This document shows, piece by piece, positions 1-7,518 of a DNA stretch of 64,000 nt. Within the stretch, counting starts at the first letter, position 1, and every line of letters begins with the position of its first letter. The DNA is taken from contig DASWMV010000191.1 of NCBI GenBank assembly GCA_036399575.1, positions 1,230-65,229 of the forward strand. Reading direction: 5' to 3'. Position numbers and translations under genes: made by a program. Source of the stretch: Abditibacterium sp. Lineage in GTDB: Bacteria; Armatimonadota; Abditibacteriia; Abditibacteriales; Abditibacteriaceae. Under the pieces are notes generated by a model. That model had not been told where the DNA came from. It saw only the letters and a list, made by a program, of their open reading frames with translations, and searched no databases.

Positions 1-86
1 AATTGAGCGGTGTGCCGGAGCAATCCTTTCCGCTTGACGAGGCTTCAAATGGCGATTCCGCGCCAGAAAATCTCGATTACGACGCG

Positions 87-380
87 ATGTCGCCTGATGA
101 AGAGCGGCTGATCGAACTTGTCGGTTTTTTGGTGCAGGGCATTGTCGCGCATCCCGAAGAAGTCGAAGTCGAAGAGTTTTTCGATGAAGTCGGCACCGTT
201 TACGGCGTGCGTGTCCATCCCGAAGATATTGGTCGTGTGATCGGCAGAGAAGGCCGCGTTGCCAGTGCGCTACGCCACGTCGTCAAAGCTTCTGCCACCA
301 AAATCGGCACCCACGTTACGGTCGAAATTTTGACTGAAGACGGCCCCGAAATCGTCGCTCAAAGCGCGCCTGAAATTTAA
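87..380 (+). CDS. KH-domain RNA-binding protein (YlqC/UPF0109 family)
   Basis: ORF 3..380 carries the KH motif VHPEDIGRVIGREGRVASALRHV and lies directly upstream of rimM-trmD-rplS. ATG at 87 (MSPDEERLIELVGFLV...) fits the family length. The frame is open to the left window edge (TTG at 3), so the start is uncertain. Confidence 0.8.
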   Translation: MSPDEERLIELVGFLVQGIVAHPEEVEVEEFFDEVGTVYGVRVHPEDIGRVIGREGRVASALRHVVKASATKIGTHVTVEILTEDGPEIVAQSAPEI

Positions 381-386
381 GTTTCT

Positions 387-470
387 ATAGCCACAAAAGC
401 CACAGAATTCACGAAGTTGGGTTGACAAAACTCGCTTTTGTGAATTTTGTGGCTTTTGTGGCTATTTTTC
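387..470 (+). terminator. Long hairpin plus T-run between the KH-protein gene and rimM (attenuator/terminator-like)
   Basis: Arms 387..412 (atagccacaaaagccacagaattcac) and 440..465 (gtgaattttgtggcttttgtggctat) are complementary at 25/26 positions. The loop is 27 nt, followed by TTTTT at 465..469. The hairpin ends 9 nt before the rimM ATG. Confidence 0.45.
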
Positions 471-473
471 ATT

Positions 474-986
474 ATGTCCATCGAAGATATTTCAACATGG
501 GACGTTCTGGTGGGCCGCGTCAAAGGCCGCTGGGACAAAGCTAGCCTTCGCCTGACCCCATTTTCCGACGCGCCCGGTCGTTTCGCAGCGGGTGCCAAAT
601 TGTGCGCGCTGAAAGAGAAAAAGCGCACTTTGCTCGAAATTAAAACTTCGCGCGCCAAAGATGGCCTTTTCATTTGCGATTGCGGCCTCGCATCCAGTGA
701 AATTGCTGACGCATTGGTTGGTGCCGAGCTTTTCATTGACCGCTCGATGCGCGCGCCAACCGGCGAGGGCGAGTTTTATGTGGATGAATTGTTTGGCGTG
801 CGCGTGGTGAGCGAAAGCGGCGTTGAAATGGGCGAAATCGAGGAAGTTTTGGAAACGCCCAATCACGATGTTTACGTGACGGAGAAAGCGATGATTCCAG
901 CACACGAGGATTTCATCGTTTCACGGGATTTGGAAGCCAAAATCATCGTCGTCCGCGACGTGCCGGGGCTTTTAAACGGCGAATAG
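474..986 (+). CDS. rimM: 16S rRNA processing protein RimM
   Basis: ORF 447..986. RimM-like N-terminus VLVGRVKGRWDKASLRL and PRC-barrel end FYVDELFGVRVVSESGVEMGEIEEVLETPNHDVYV, in conserved operon context. ATG 474 is preferred because codons 447..473 are the hairpin arm. Confidence 0.85.
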   Translation: MSIEDISTWDVLVGRVKGRWDKASLRLTPFSDAPGRFAAGAKLCALKEKKRTLLEIKTSRAKDGLFICDCGLASSEIADALVGAELFIDRSMRAPTGEGEFYVDELFGVRVVSESGVEMGEIEEVLETPNHDVYVTEKAMIPAHEDFIVSRDLEAKIIVVRDVPGLLNGE

Positions 987-998
987 ACGCGAATCTCT

Positions 999-1319
999 AT
1001 GATTGGCATCAAAGCTCAAATCATCAGATGCATCAACGATGAAAGCTACCCTATTGTCGTTGAGTGTTGCTTTGAGGACGCTCATGGATGGATCCATTTA
1101 TTTCACGACAAAGACGTAATTTTCAGCTCTGAAACGCTGGATGAAAACACCCGATATCCCTTAGATGCAATTGTTGGATGCGAGATCGTCGAGAGAAGCG
1201 ATGGCTATCAAGGTGTGATCGTCCGAGTGAATACAGAAAAGCCCTGGGGCATCGCATCCACGCAAGGCCGCAAGATTTTCGATGTTATGCGACAACAGTT
1301 AGTTGAATTTGAGCATTAA
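999..1319 (+). CDS. Hypothetical protein (106 aa), no recognisable motif
   Basis: Clean ATG ORF that fills the rimM-trmD gap. Visibly lower G+C: about 43% in the first 100 nt by hand count. Confidence 0.5.
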   Translation: MIGIKAQIIRCINDESYPIVVECCFEDAHGWIHLFHDKDVIFSSETLDENTRYPLDAIVGCEIVERSDGYQGVIVRVNTEKPWGIASTQGRKIFDVMRQQLVEFEH

Positions 1320-1349
1320 AGCGAATTAAATCCGCAAGATTTGAAATTT

Positions 1350-1727
1350 ATGGAATGGCTTGGACTTCTCTTCACCGGTCTCATCGCAGGCATTGCGGCG
1401 GGTTTTTTCGGCATTGGCGGCGGGCTGATTATCGTGCCCTCGCTGGTTTACATTCTCGGTTTTTCGCAGCATAAAGCAACAGGAACCAGCCTCGCCATTT
1501 TGCTGTTGCCACTGGGAATCGGCGCGGTTTACGAATACTGGAAAAAAGATAACGTCGACTTCAAAGCGGCGATTGTGATTGGAATTTTGCTCGCGCTCGG
1601 CGCATGGGTGGGCGGCAAATACGCCAACCAACTCAAAGGCCCGACGCTGCAACTCATGTTCGGCGTTTTCGCCGTCGTAATGGGCAGTTACACGATTTGG
1701 GCGGCGGTTTTGAAGTTGCGGAAGTAA
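1350..1727 (+). CDS. Half-size TSUP (TauE/SafE) family membrane protein
   Basis: ORF 1341..1727. Motif GFFGIGGGLIIVPSLVYILGFSQHKATGTSLAILLLPLG is typical of the TauE/SafE 4-TM repeat. Only about 125 aa, i.e. one repeat. ATG at 1350. Confidence 0.75.
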   Translation: MEWLGLLFTGLIAGIAAGFFGIGGGLIIVPSLVYILGFSQHKATGTSLAILLLPLGIGAVYEYWKKDNVDFKAAIVIGILLALGAWVGGKYANQLKGPTLQLMFGVFAVVMGSYTIWAAVLKLRK

Positions 1728-1728
1728 G

Positions 1729-2067
1729 ATGACTCACAAACTTTCCCGCGAATTTTTGGTTGGTTTGCTGTTTCTGGTTAATTTGACGGTTTATTCGCTC
1801 TGGCTCTATCTCGCTACCGGCTATAGCGGCATTGCTTTTTCGGGCGGTTGTAGTGAAGGTAATTGTCATTTATCTCTTCCGTATGCTCCTAAATACCTGC
1901 CCTATTCTCCTGCTGTTAATGTGACTGTAAGCCCCACGGTTTATCAAGTGGTTTGTGCGTGGCAGTGCGTTCTCGGCTTACACTTTCTTGCCGTCATAGC
2001 TTTGGAATTCCAACCATCCTCGGCCACCAAGCAAATCTCGAAGAAACCAAAGAAATCAGTCAAATAG
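1729..2067 (+). CDS. Hypothetical membrane protein (112 aa)
   Basis: ATG lies 1 nt after the TSUP stop. Two hydrophobic segments (FLVGLLFLVNLTVYSLWLYL, VLGLHFLAVIALEF). No family signature, so it may not be real. Confidence 0.3.
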   Translation: MTHKLSREFLVGLLFLVNLTVYSLWLYLATGYSGIAFSGGCSEGNCHLSLPYAPKYLPYSPAVNVTVSPTVYQVVCAWQCVLGLHFLAVIALEFQPSSATKQISKKPKKSVK

Positions 2068-2069
2068 TG

Positions 2070-2894
2070 ATGCGCTTCGACATTTTTACACTGTTTCCTG
2101 AATATTTTTCTGGGCCGTTTTCGAGTTCAATTTTGAAGCGCGCAATTGAAGCGCGTGCGATTTCGATTGGGCTTCACGATATCCGCGATTGGTGCGACGA
2201 TAAGCACAAGCGCGCCGATGATGCGCCGTTTGGTGGCGGGGCGGGAATGGTGATGAAAGCAGAACCGGTGGCGCGCGCGTTGGAAAGTGTGTTAAATTTT
2301 GACGTTGGCTCGAAAGCGCCCTGTCCGATCATTTATTTGTCGCCGCAGGGACGGCCTTTGAGCCAGAAAATCGTTCTTGAATTGGCCGCGCTGCCGCAAA
2401 TCGCGCTTTTGTGTGGCCATTACGAGGGAATTGACGAGCGCGCGATTCAAAGCTGTGTCACAGACGAAATTTCTCTGGGAGATTTCATCCTGACAGGCGG
2501 CGAAAGTGCGGCGGCGATTGTAGTGGAAAGCGTGTCGCGTTTTGTCCCCGGGGTTTTGGGAAATGAGGCGTCGGCGAGCAGCGATTCGTTTGCAAATGGT
2601 TTGCTCGAAGCGCCCTGCTACACGCGGCCCGCAAGTTGGCGTGAAATGTCGGTGCCAGATGTATTGGTGTCGGGAAATCACGCTTTAATAGAAAAATGGC
2701 GGTTTCGGGAAGGTTTGCAACGCACGTTGCAACGCCGGCCCGAACTGGTCGAAATGGCTATGCGCGAATTTCCGTTTTCGCGCTGGCAACAAAAAATCTA
2801 CGCAGAGTTGCAACGGGAAATGGAGATTTCTGCTTCGGAAATCTCCACAGACGAGGAAAAACACGATGAATCAGGACATTTTGCGCCAGGTTGA
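2070..2894 (+). CDS. trmD: tRNA (guanine37-N1)-methyltransferase TrmD
   Basis: [13 protein letters not shown]..., [13 protein letters not shown] and [10 protein letters not shown] are TrmD signatures. ATG 2070 is in frame within ORF 1953..2894. There is a C-terminal tail of about 40 aa, and the gene overlaps the rplS start by 29 nt. Confidence 0.9.
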   Translation: MRFDIFTLFPEYFSGPFSSSILKRAIEARAISIGLHDIRDWCDDKHKRADDAPFGGGAGMVMKAEPVARALESVLNFDVGSKAPCPIIYLSPQGRPLSQKIVLELAALPQIALLCGHYEGIDERAIQSCVTDEISLGDFILTGGESAAAIVVESVSRFVPGVLGNEASASSDSFANGLLEAPCYTRPASWREMSVPDVLVSGNHALIEKWRFREGLQRTLQRRPELVEMAMREFPFSRWQQKIYAELQREMEISASEISTDEEKHDESGHFAPG

Positions 2895-3225
2895 GGCGCG
2901 ACACATCAAATCAGACGTGCCAGAATTCTGGCCCGGTGACACGCTGCGCGTCAGCGTCAAAGTGGTCGAGGGTAACCGCGAACGCATTCAGGCGTTCGAG
3001 GGCACTTGCATCGCCAAAGACGGCGGCGGCACCAACGCCATGTTCACCGTTCGCCGCATCGCGTCGGGCGTCGGAACCGAGCGCACGTTTCCGCTCCATT
3101 CGCCGCGCGTTGACAAAATCGAAGTGCGTCGCAGCGGCAAAGTCCGCCGCGCCAAATTGTATTATTTGCGCGACCGCGTTGGCTCCAAAGCGATTCGCAT
3201 CAAAGAAAAAACCAAAGCCCGCTAA
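2866..3225 (+). CDS. rplS: 50S ribosomal protein L19
   Basis: [33 protein letters not shown]...[21 protein letters not shown] is a canonical L19 sequence. Confidence 0.95.
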   Translation: MNQDILRQVEARHIKSDVPEFWPGDTLRVSVKVVEGNRERIQAFEGTCIAKDGGGTNAMFTVRRIASGVGTERTFPLHSPRVDKIEVRRSGKVRRAKLYYLRDRVGSKAIRIKEKTKAR

Positions 3226-3250
3226 AACTTTTCGCGCGGCGCAAACTCCC

Positions 3251-3286
3251 AAAAGGGGCATGATTTTCGTCATGCCCCTTTTTTGT
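3251..3286 (+). terminator. Rho-independent terminator after rplS
   Basis: Stem ggggcatga (3255..3263) pairs with tcatgcccc (3270..3278), followed by TTTTTT. Confidence 0.8.
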
Positions 3287-3313
3287 TTGAGATTTCACGT
3301 CGTTTTTTGATTT

Positions 3314-4183
3314 ATGGACTTTAAATTCAACATTGACTCTTGGCCCTGGAAAATCGCCGTTGTCGTCGCACTTTTGGCGATGCGCGAATTTGTGCGCCTT
3401 TTGTCGCCCAAAGGCAAGACCGGCGAACGGAGCGAAACCGCGAAATGGGGCATTGAAACCATCGATTCCGCCGCGATTGCGATTGGTCTCGTGCTTTTCA
3501 TCATTCAGCCGTTCATTTTGCAGGCTTTTTTCATTCCTTCGGGCTCGATGGAAGACACGCTTCGCATTGGCGACCGTTTGCTGGTCTCGAAAATGGTTTA
3601 TCGGCTCAAGGAACCTGCGTTTCAAGACGTGATCGTTTTCAAGGCGCCTCCGGCTGCCCTACTCAATCAAAATCAGACTGAAAACATCGATTTCATCAAA
3701 CGCTGCGTGGGAATTCCGGGCGATACGGTTTATATGGTTGACCGCCAGATTTATCGCAACGGTAAAAAAGTGCCAGAGGTTTATACCAAATGGAGCGATC
3801 CGGCCTCGTCAATCGGTTTGACAGGTTCGCCCGATGAAGGTGGACTTGTTAGCGGTGCGCCGCGCTATTCGTATGACATGAAAATCGTCGATCAGGCGGT
3901 CTACTCACGCGAATACATCGGACCAAACGAACCCGGCGCGTGGTCGAGAAATGGTGTGATCGTGCCTGAAGCCGACCAGAGCAAAATTACCAACGCGCCG
4001 CCGGGCAAAGTGCCAGCGGGCAATTATTTGTTTCTTGGCGACCATCGCAACAATTCCAATGACGGCCACGTTTGGGGCTTCGCGCCGCGTTCGGCGGTCG
4101 TTGGCAAAGCGATTTGCGTTTTCTGGCCACCAACGCGTCTTGGGCTTGTAGACCGGATGAGCTTTTATCCGCGCAAACCGTAA
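3314..4183 (+). CDS. lepB: Signal peptidase I
   Basis: N-terminal TM segment, catalytic Ser box IPSGSMEDTL, Lys box FIKRCVGIPGD, and GDHRNNSNDGHVWGF. Confidence 0.9.
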   Translation: MDFKFNIDSWPWKIAVVVALLAMREFVRLLSPKGKTGERSETAKWGIETIDSAAIAIGLVLFIIQPFILQAFFIPSGSMEDTLRIGDRLLVSKMVYRLKEPAFQDVIVFKAPPAALLNQNQTENIDFIKRCVGIPGDTVYMVDRQIYRNGKKVPEVYTKWSDPASSIGLTGSPDEGGLVSGAPRYSYDMKIVDQAVYSREYIGPNEPGAWSRNGVIVPEADQSKITNAPPGKVPAGNYLFLGDHRNNSNDGHVWGFAPRSAVVGKAICVFWPPTRLGLVDRMSFYPRKP

Positions 4184-4195
4184 TTCTTCGTTTCC

Positions 4196-4906
4196 ATGAG
4201 CGCCCCAAAACATTCCGACCAAAAACAAGGCGCACTTTTCCAGATGTCGATGCTCCCCACCTTCGACCGCGAGCAAGAACTTCATAAACGTGGTTTCAAA
4301 TGTGTGGCGGGCGTTGATGAGGCCGGACGCGGCCCTCTGGCGGGGCCAGTAGTCGCGGGCGCGGCGGTTTTGCCGCGCGCTTTTGCGTGGCAGTTTTTTG
4401 GGCAACTCAACGATTCCAAACAACTGTCGGCCAAAGCGCGCGAAGATTTGAACGAAAAAATCAAAGAAAACGCGGCCTGGGGTTTGGGTGTTGTTTCCCA
4501 TCTCGAAATTGACGAAATGAACATCCGCCGCGCGTCATGGGAAGCGATGCGGCGGGCCATTGTGGATATGGTGGCGCGGTTTCCCGACCAAAATCCGGCT
4601 TATATCTTGGTGGATGGTCTACCGGTGCGCGAAATGGAATGGCCTTGGCCGTATGAGACTCTGGTGAAGGGCGACACGCGCTCGACTTCGATTGCGGCAG
4701 CCTCGATTGTTGCCAAAGTGGCCCGCGATGCGTTTATGAAGCAGATGGACGAGCAATTTCCCGGCTACGGCTTCGCCAAGCACAAAGGCTATCCGACGCG
4801 CTCCCATTATGCGGCGCTACGCGAACTCGGCGCGTGCGAGATCCATCGGCGCACTTTTGCGCCAGTGCGCGCGGAAATCGTGCGCGCAGGATTTGTGGAG
4901 CGCTAA
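4196..4906 (+). CDS. rnhB: Ribonuclease HII
   Basis: VAGVDEAGRGPLAGPVV (DEDD active-site start), SIAAASIVAKV, GYGFAKHKGYPT. Confidence 0.9.
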   Translation: MSAPKHSDQKQGALFQMSMLPTFDREQELHKRGFKCVAGVDEAGRGPLAGPVVAGAAVLPRAFAWQFFGQLNDSKQLSAKAREDLNEKIKENAAWGLGVVSHLEIDEMNIRRASWEAMRRAIVDMVARFPDQNPAYILVDGLPVREMEWPWPYETLVKGDTRSTSIAAASIVAKVARDAFMKQMDEQFPGYGFAKHKGYPTRSHYAALRELGACEIHRRTFAPVRAEIVRAGFVER

Positions 4907-4921
4907 ACCGTAGCAACGAAC

Positions 4922-5344
4922 TTACTCGCCTTCAAACGAAACCACGCGAGTTTCTCCTTCGATTTCCAATTGGACCCGAAAACGCGGCACGGGCAGAAAA
5001 TCGGCTACCATTTCTGGCCATTCGATGAGCCGAATCGCATCGTTGCGATTCAAAAATTCTTCCAATCCAGCGTCGCGAAATTCATCATAGTCCCAGCCTT
5101 CCATTCGGTAAGCGTCGAGATGAATCAAGGGAATTTCGCCTGCGTATTCGTTCATTAATACGAAAGTGGGCGACGAAATTGGATCTTCGATTTTCAAAGC
5201 ACGCGCCAAACCCTGGGAGAAAGTTGTTTTGCCGGCTCCGAGCGGGCCGGAAAGCGTGATAAGGTCGCCGGGCACGAGCAAACAGCCTAAATCGAAACCT
5301 AATTGTTGCGTAGCGGCGGCGTCTAAAAGCGGGAAAGTTGGCAT
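4922..5344 (-). CDS. tsaE: tRNA t6A37 biosynthesis ATPase TsaE
   Basis: P-loop LSGPLGAGKTTFSQGLARAL, SPTFVLMNEY, HLDAYR. ATG at 5344 (MPTFPLLDAAAT...) lies inside ORF 4922..5374. Confidence 0.85.
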   Translation of the reverse strand: MPTFPLLDAAATQQLGFDLGCLLVPGDLITLSGPLGAGKTTFSQGLARALKIEDPISSPTFVLMNEYAGEIPLIHLDAYRMEGWDYDEFRDAGLEEFLNRNDAIRLIEWPEMVADFLPVPRFRVQLEIEGETRVVSFEGE

Positions 5345-5420
5345 ATTGGCAAAAACGCGGCACAAGGGAGGCACAAGGGGCGCTTCATGGCCGAAAAAGT
5401 CGGCTTAAACGCCCGTTTGT

Positions 5421-5450
5421 TTGACAAAGAATGAAAGGAAAGCCTATAAT
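5421..5450 (+). promoter_or_regulatory. Consensus sigma70-type promoter (TTGACA-N18-TATAAT)
   Basis: TTGACA at 5421..5426, an 18-nt spacer, and TATAAT at 5445..5450. This lies about 100 nt upstream of the ATG at 5558. Confidence 0.55.
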
Positions 5451-5557
5451 GTGGCGACGCTGCCGCAGTGTGGCATAACTTACCCGGTTATTTGCGAGTT
5501 TGGCGGCCATCTTTGGCTTTCAATTGCGAGTTCAGCCCAAACCCTCTCAGGAGATTT

Positions 5558-6502
5558 ATGAATCGTCTTTCACCTGTCCGTTTCCGTCGCACCCTGCCCT
5601 TTTTGTCGCTTTTGGCCATCCCAGTTCTGGCGCAGAGCGTTTCGGCTCAAACCATCGTGACGCCGCCTGTTGGTGGCGCCGTCGTCGCAGTTCCCGGTGG
5701 CCCTGCCATTGTTGGCGTTCCCGTCATTATCGCCGCTGCCATTGACACCAGCGGCAACGCTGACACCGCCAGACGCGCGCTCATCGTAGCAAACGCGGCG
5801 CTCAGAGCGACTCCGGGCTATCGTCCTGCCGCACAAAGCGAATATACGCCTCTTACGGGCGCAAGCGCTGCAACAGCACTCAAAGCGACACCGTGGGCTT
5901 ATCCCTTCACAGCCAGCGATTATCAGAAAATCGGCAAAGCCAGCAAAGCCCCCTACGCGATGACGATCAGCGTCACTCCCGGCACGGATGGCACCTATAG
6001 CGCGGTCGCCGAAATGATCCGCACCAAAGATGGCGCGCTGACCGGCTATGGCAAAGGCACAACCCCAGCTTCGGCTACGCCAGAAACGGCGCTTGACTCA
6101 GCGGTTGCGGCTGCGGTTGTAGCTCTGGGTGAAACAGCGACCATCCCTGGCGTGATCGTTTCCAAACCAGGCGCTTACATGGCGCGCATTTCGCTTGGCA
6201 CACTCAGTGGCGCACGTGGTGGTGCACGCGTCGAATACTTGGGCGAGGATGGAGAGCCAGTCGCTTTCGGCACCATCGTTGACATCGCAGCAGGCGAAGC
6301 GGCAGCAACAGTTGCACCTGAAACCGCTTTTCCGGGCCTCCACATCAATCAGCGCGTGCGTTTGGTCAACAATCCTTCCGCAAAACGTGCATTGCCTGAT
6401 TTCTCGACTTTGCAGGAAAAAGACTACAAAACCTTCGAGCGCAATTTTGGGTTCTCCCTCGCTCTGGCTGGCGCGATTTACTACATCGCTGCCAACAACT
6501 AA
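5558..6502 (+). CDS. Hypothetical exported protein with signal peptide and C-terminal hydrophobic anchor
   Basis: ATG 5558 is preceded by AGGAG. Signal peptide MNRLSPVRFRRTLPFLSLLAIPVLAQSVSAQ. Ala/Gly/Thr-rich body. C-terminal FSLALAGAIYYIAANN. No family motif recognised. Confidence 0.6.
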   Translation: MNRLSPVRFRRTLPFLSLLAIPVLAQSVSAQTIVTPPVGGAVVAVPGGPAIVGVPVIIAAAIDTSGNADTARRALIVANAALRATPGYRPAAQSEYTPLTGASAATALKATPWAYPFTASDYQKIGKASKAPYAMTISVTPGTDGTYSAVAEMIRTKDGALTGYGKGTTPASATPETALDSAVAAAVVALGETATIPGVIVSKPGAYMARISLGTLSGARGGARVEYLGEDGEPVAFGTIVDIAAGEAAATVAPETAFPGLHINQRVRLVNNPSAKRALPDFSTLQEKDYKTFERNFGFSLALAGAIYYIAANN

Positions 6503-6520
6503 AACCTCAAAATCCAAAAA

Positions 6521-6547
6521 AGCCGAAGCGATTGCTTCGGCTTTTTT
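6521..6547. terminator. Bidirectional rho-independent terminator
   Basis: Stem agccgaagc (6521..6529) pairs with gcttcggct (6534..6542). It is flanked by an A-run upstream and a T-run downstream, between convergent genes. Confidence 0.75.
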
Positions 6548-6607
6548 GTTTTGGGAGTGCGAGCAGACTGCTCATAGATTTTTGGACGGCAAAAGACACC
6601 TGCGCGC

Positions 6608-6985
6608 TCAAACCAAACGCAAACGCGGCCTTTCTTCCTCATCGTCAGGGGACTTTGGTTTGTCGGGCAGTTTCTCCGGCGTTTTGCGAAGTTCGCTTTT
6701 CGACTCAAATTTGGGTTTGGGCTTTTGTTCTTCAGGCGCATCGGCTGAGGTCAGGTGCTCGTATGGCACGTTGACGAAAAGCGGCAGCGAGCCTTCGGGA
6801 TAACCACTTTCCTCGTTGTAACCGTGGGCCTGCCAGTCGATGGCGACGGTAACACAATCTGTGGGAACATTAGGCGCGGGTGGAAAAATTACGCCCGTCA
6901 ATCCCACGAGCGAAAAACCGGGCCGTAGCATAGTGCGCCCGCCGATTTCGACTCGATCACCAAATTTCCAGGGGTTTTCAGCCAT
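6608..6985 (-). CDS. Hypothetical small protein with Lys/Pro/Glu-rich disordered tail
   Basis: Starts 3 nt after the response-regulator stop, in the same operon. Compact N-terminal domain of about 75 aa, then EEQKPKPKFESKSELRKTPEKLPDKPKSPDDEEE. Confidence 0.55.
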   Translation of the reverse strand: MAENPWKFGDRVEIGGRTMLRPGFSLVGLTGVIFPPAPNVPTDCVTVAIDWQAHGYNEESGYPEGSLPLFVNVPYEHLTSADAPEEQKPKPKFESKSELRKTPEKLPDKPKSPDDEEERPRLRLV

Positions 6986-6988
6986 AGC

Positions 6989-7453
6989 TCAATTTCCCAT
7001 CCCGTTTTCGCCACTGATTTCGCGCGATTTGGCAAAACTTTCGAGCCTCCGCACCGTTGCGAGGCTCGACCGGCGCCGGTCAAGCGCCTGCTCGATTTTA
7101 ATGGAAATCAATTCATAAACATCGACGCCGGGGATGTTTTTCTCGACATAATCGAAAGCGCCCATTTTCATGCACTCAACCGCGTTGGTGACGTTGCCAT
7201 AGGCCGTCAACACCACAACTTCGGTAAAGACATCACGCGCGAGCGCCGATTTGAGGACTTCAACGCCCGAATTGGGCGATTCCATCAACATATCAGTTAA
7301 AACGACATCAAAGGGCGCCGGAGCGTCTTCAATGGCGCGCGAGGCCTCGGCCTGCGAGCCAGCAATCGTTACGTTATGTCCATCGCGCTTGAGGCGGCGC
7401 TCCAGAGAGAAACGCACATCATCTTCGTCGTCGGCTACTAAAATTTTGCCCAT
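6989..7453 (-). CDS. Stand-alone response regulator receiver (CheY-like)
   Basis: ILVADDEDDVR ... VVLTDMLMES (phospho-Asp) ... VVVLTAYG ... AFDYVEK. No output domain. Confidence 0.9.
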   Translation of the reverse strand: MGKILVADDEDDVRFSLERRLKRDGHNVTIAGSQAEASRAIEDAPAPFDVVLTDMLMESPNSGVEVLKSALARDVFTEVVVLTAYGNVTNAVECMKMGAFDYVEKNIPGVDVYELISIKIEQALDRRRSSLATVRRLESFAKSREISGENGMGN

Positions 7454-7518
7454 TTTGGGATTTCCTTTTGATTATCTAACTTTGTTTTCCGCCTTCGGAT
7501 ACTTTGTAAAGACGAAAT

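Noticed and set aside
422-450. Internal promoter for rimM using the TTGACA in the hairpin loop
   Set aside because: No acceptable -10 hexamer lies at 16-18 nt spacing (ttttgt at best), so the -35-like hexamer alone is not enough evidence.
447-473. Upstream start for rimM (MWLLWLFFI...)
   Set aside because: These codons are simply the right arm of the 26-bp hairpin (gtggcttttgtggctattttt). The ATG at 474 gives a family-typical N-terminus.
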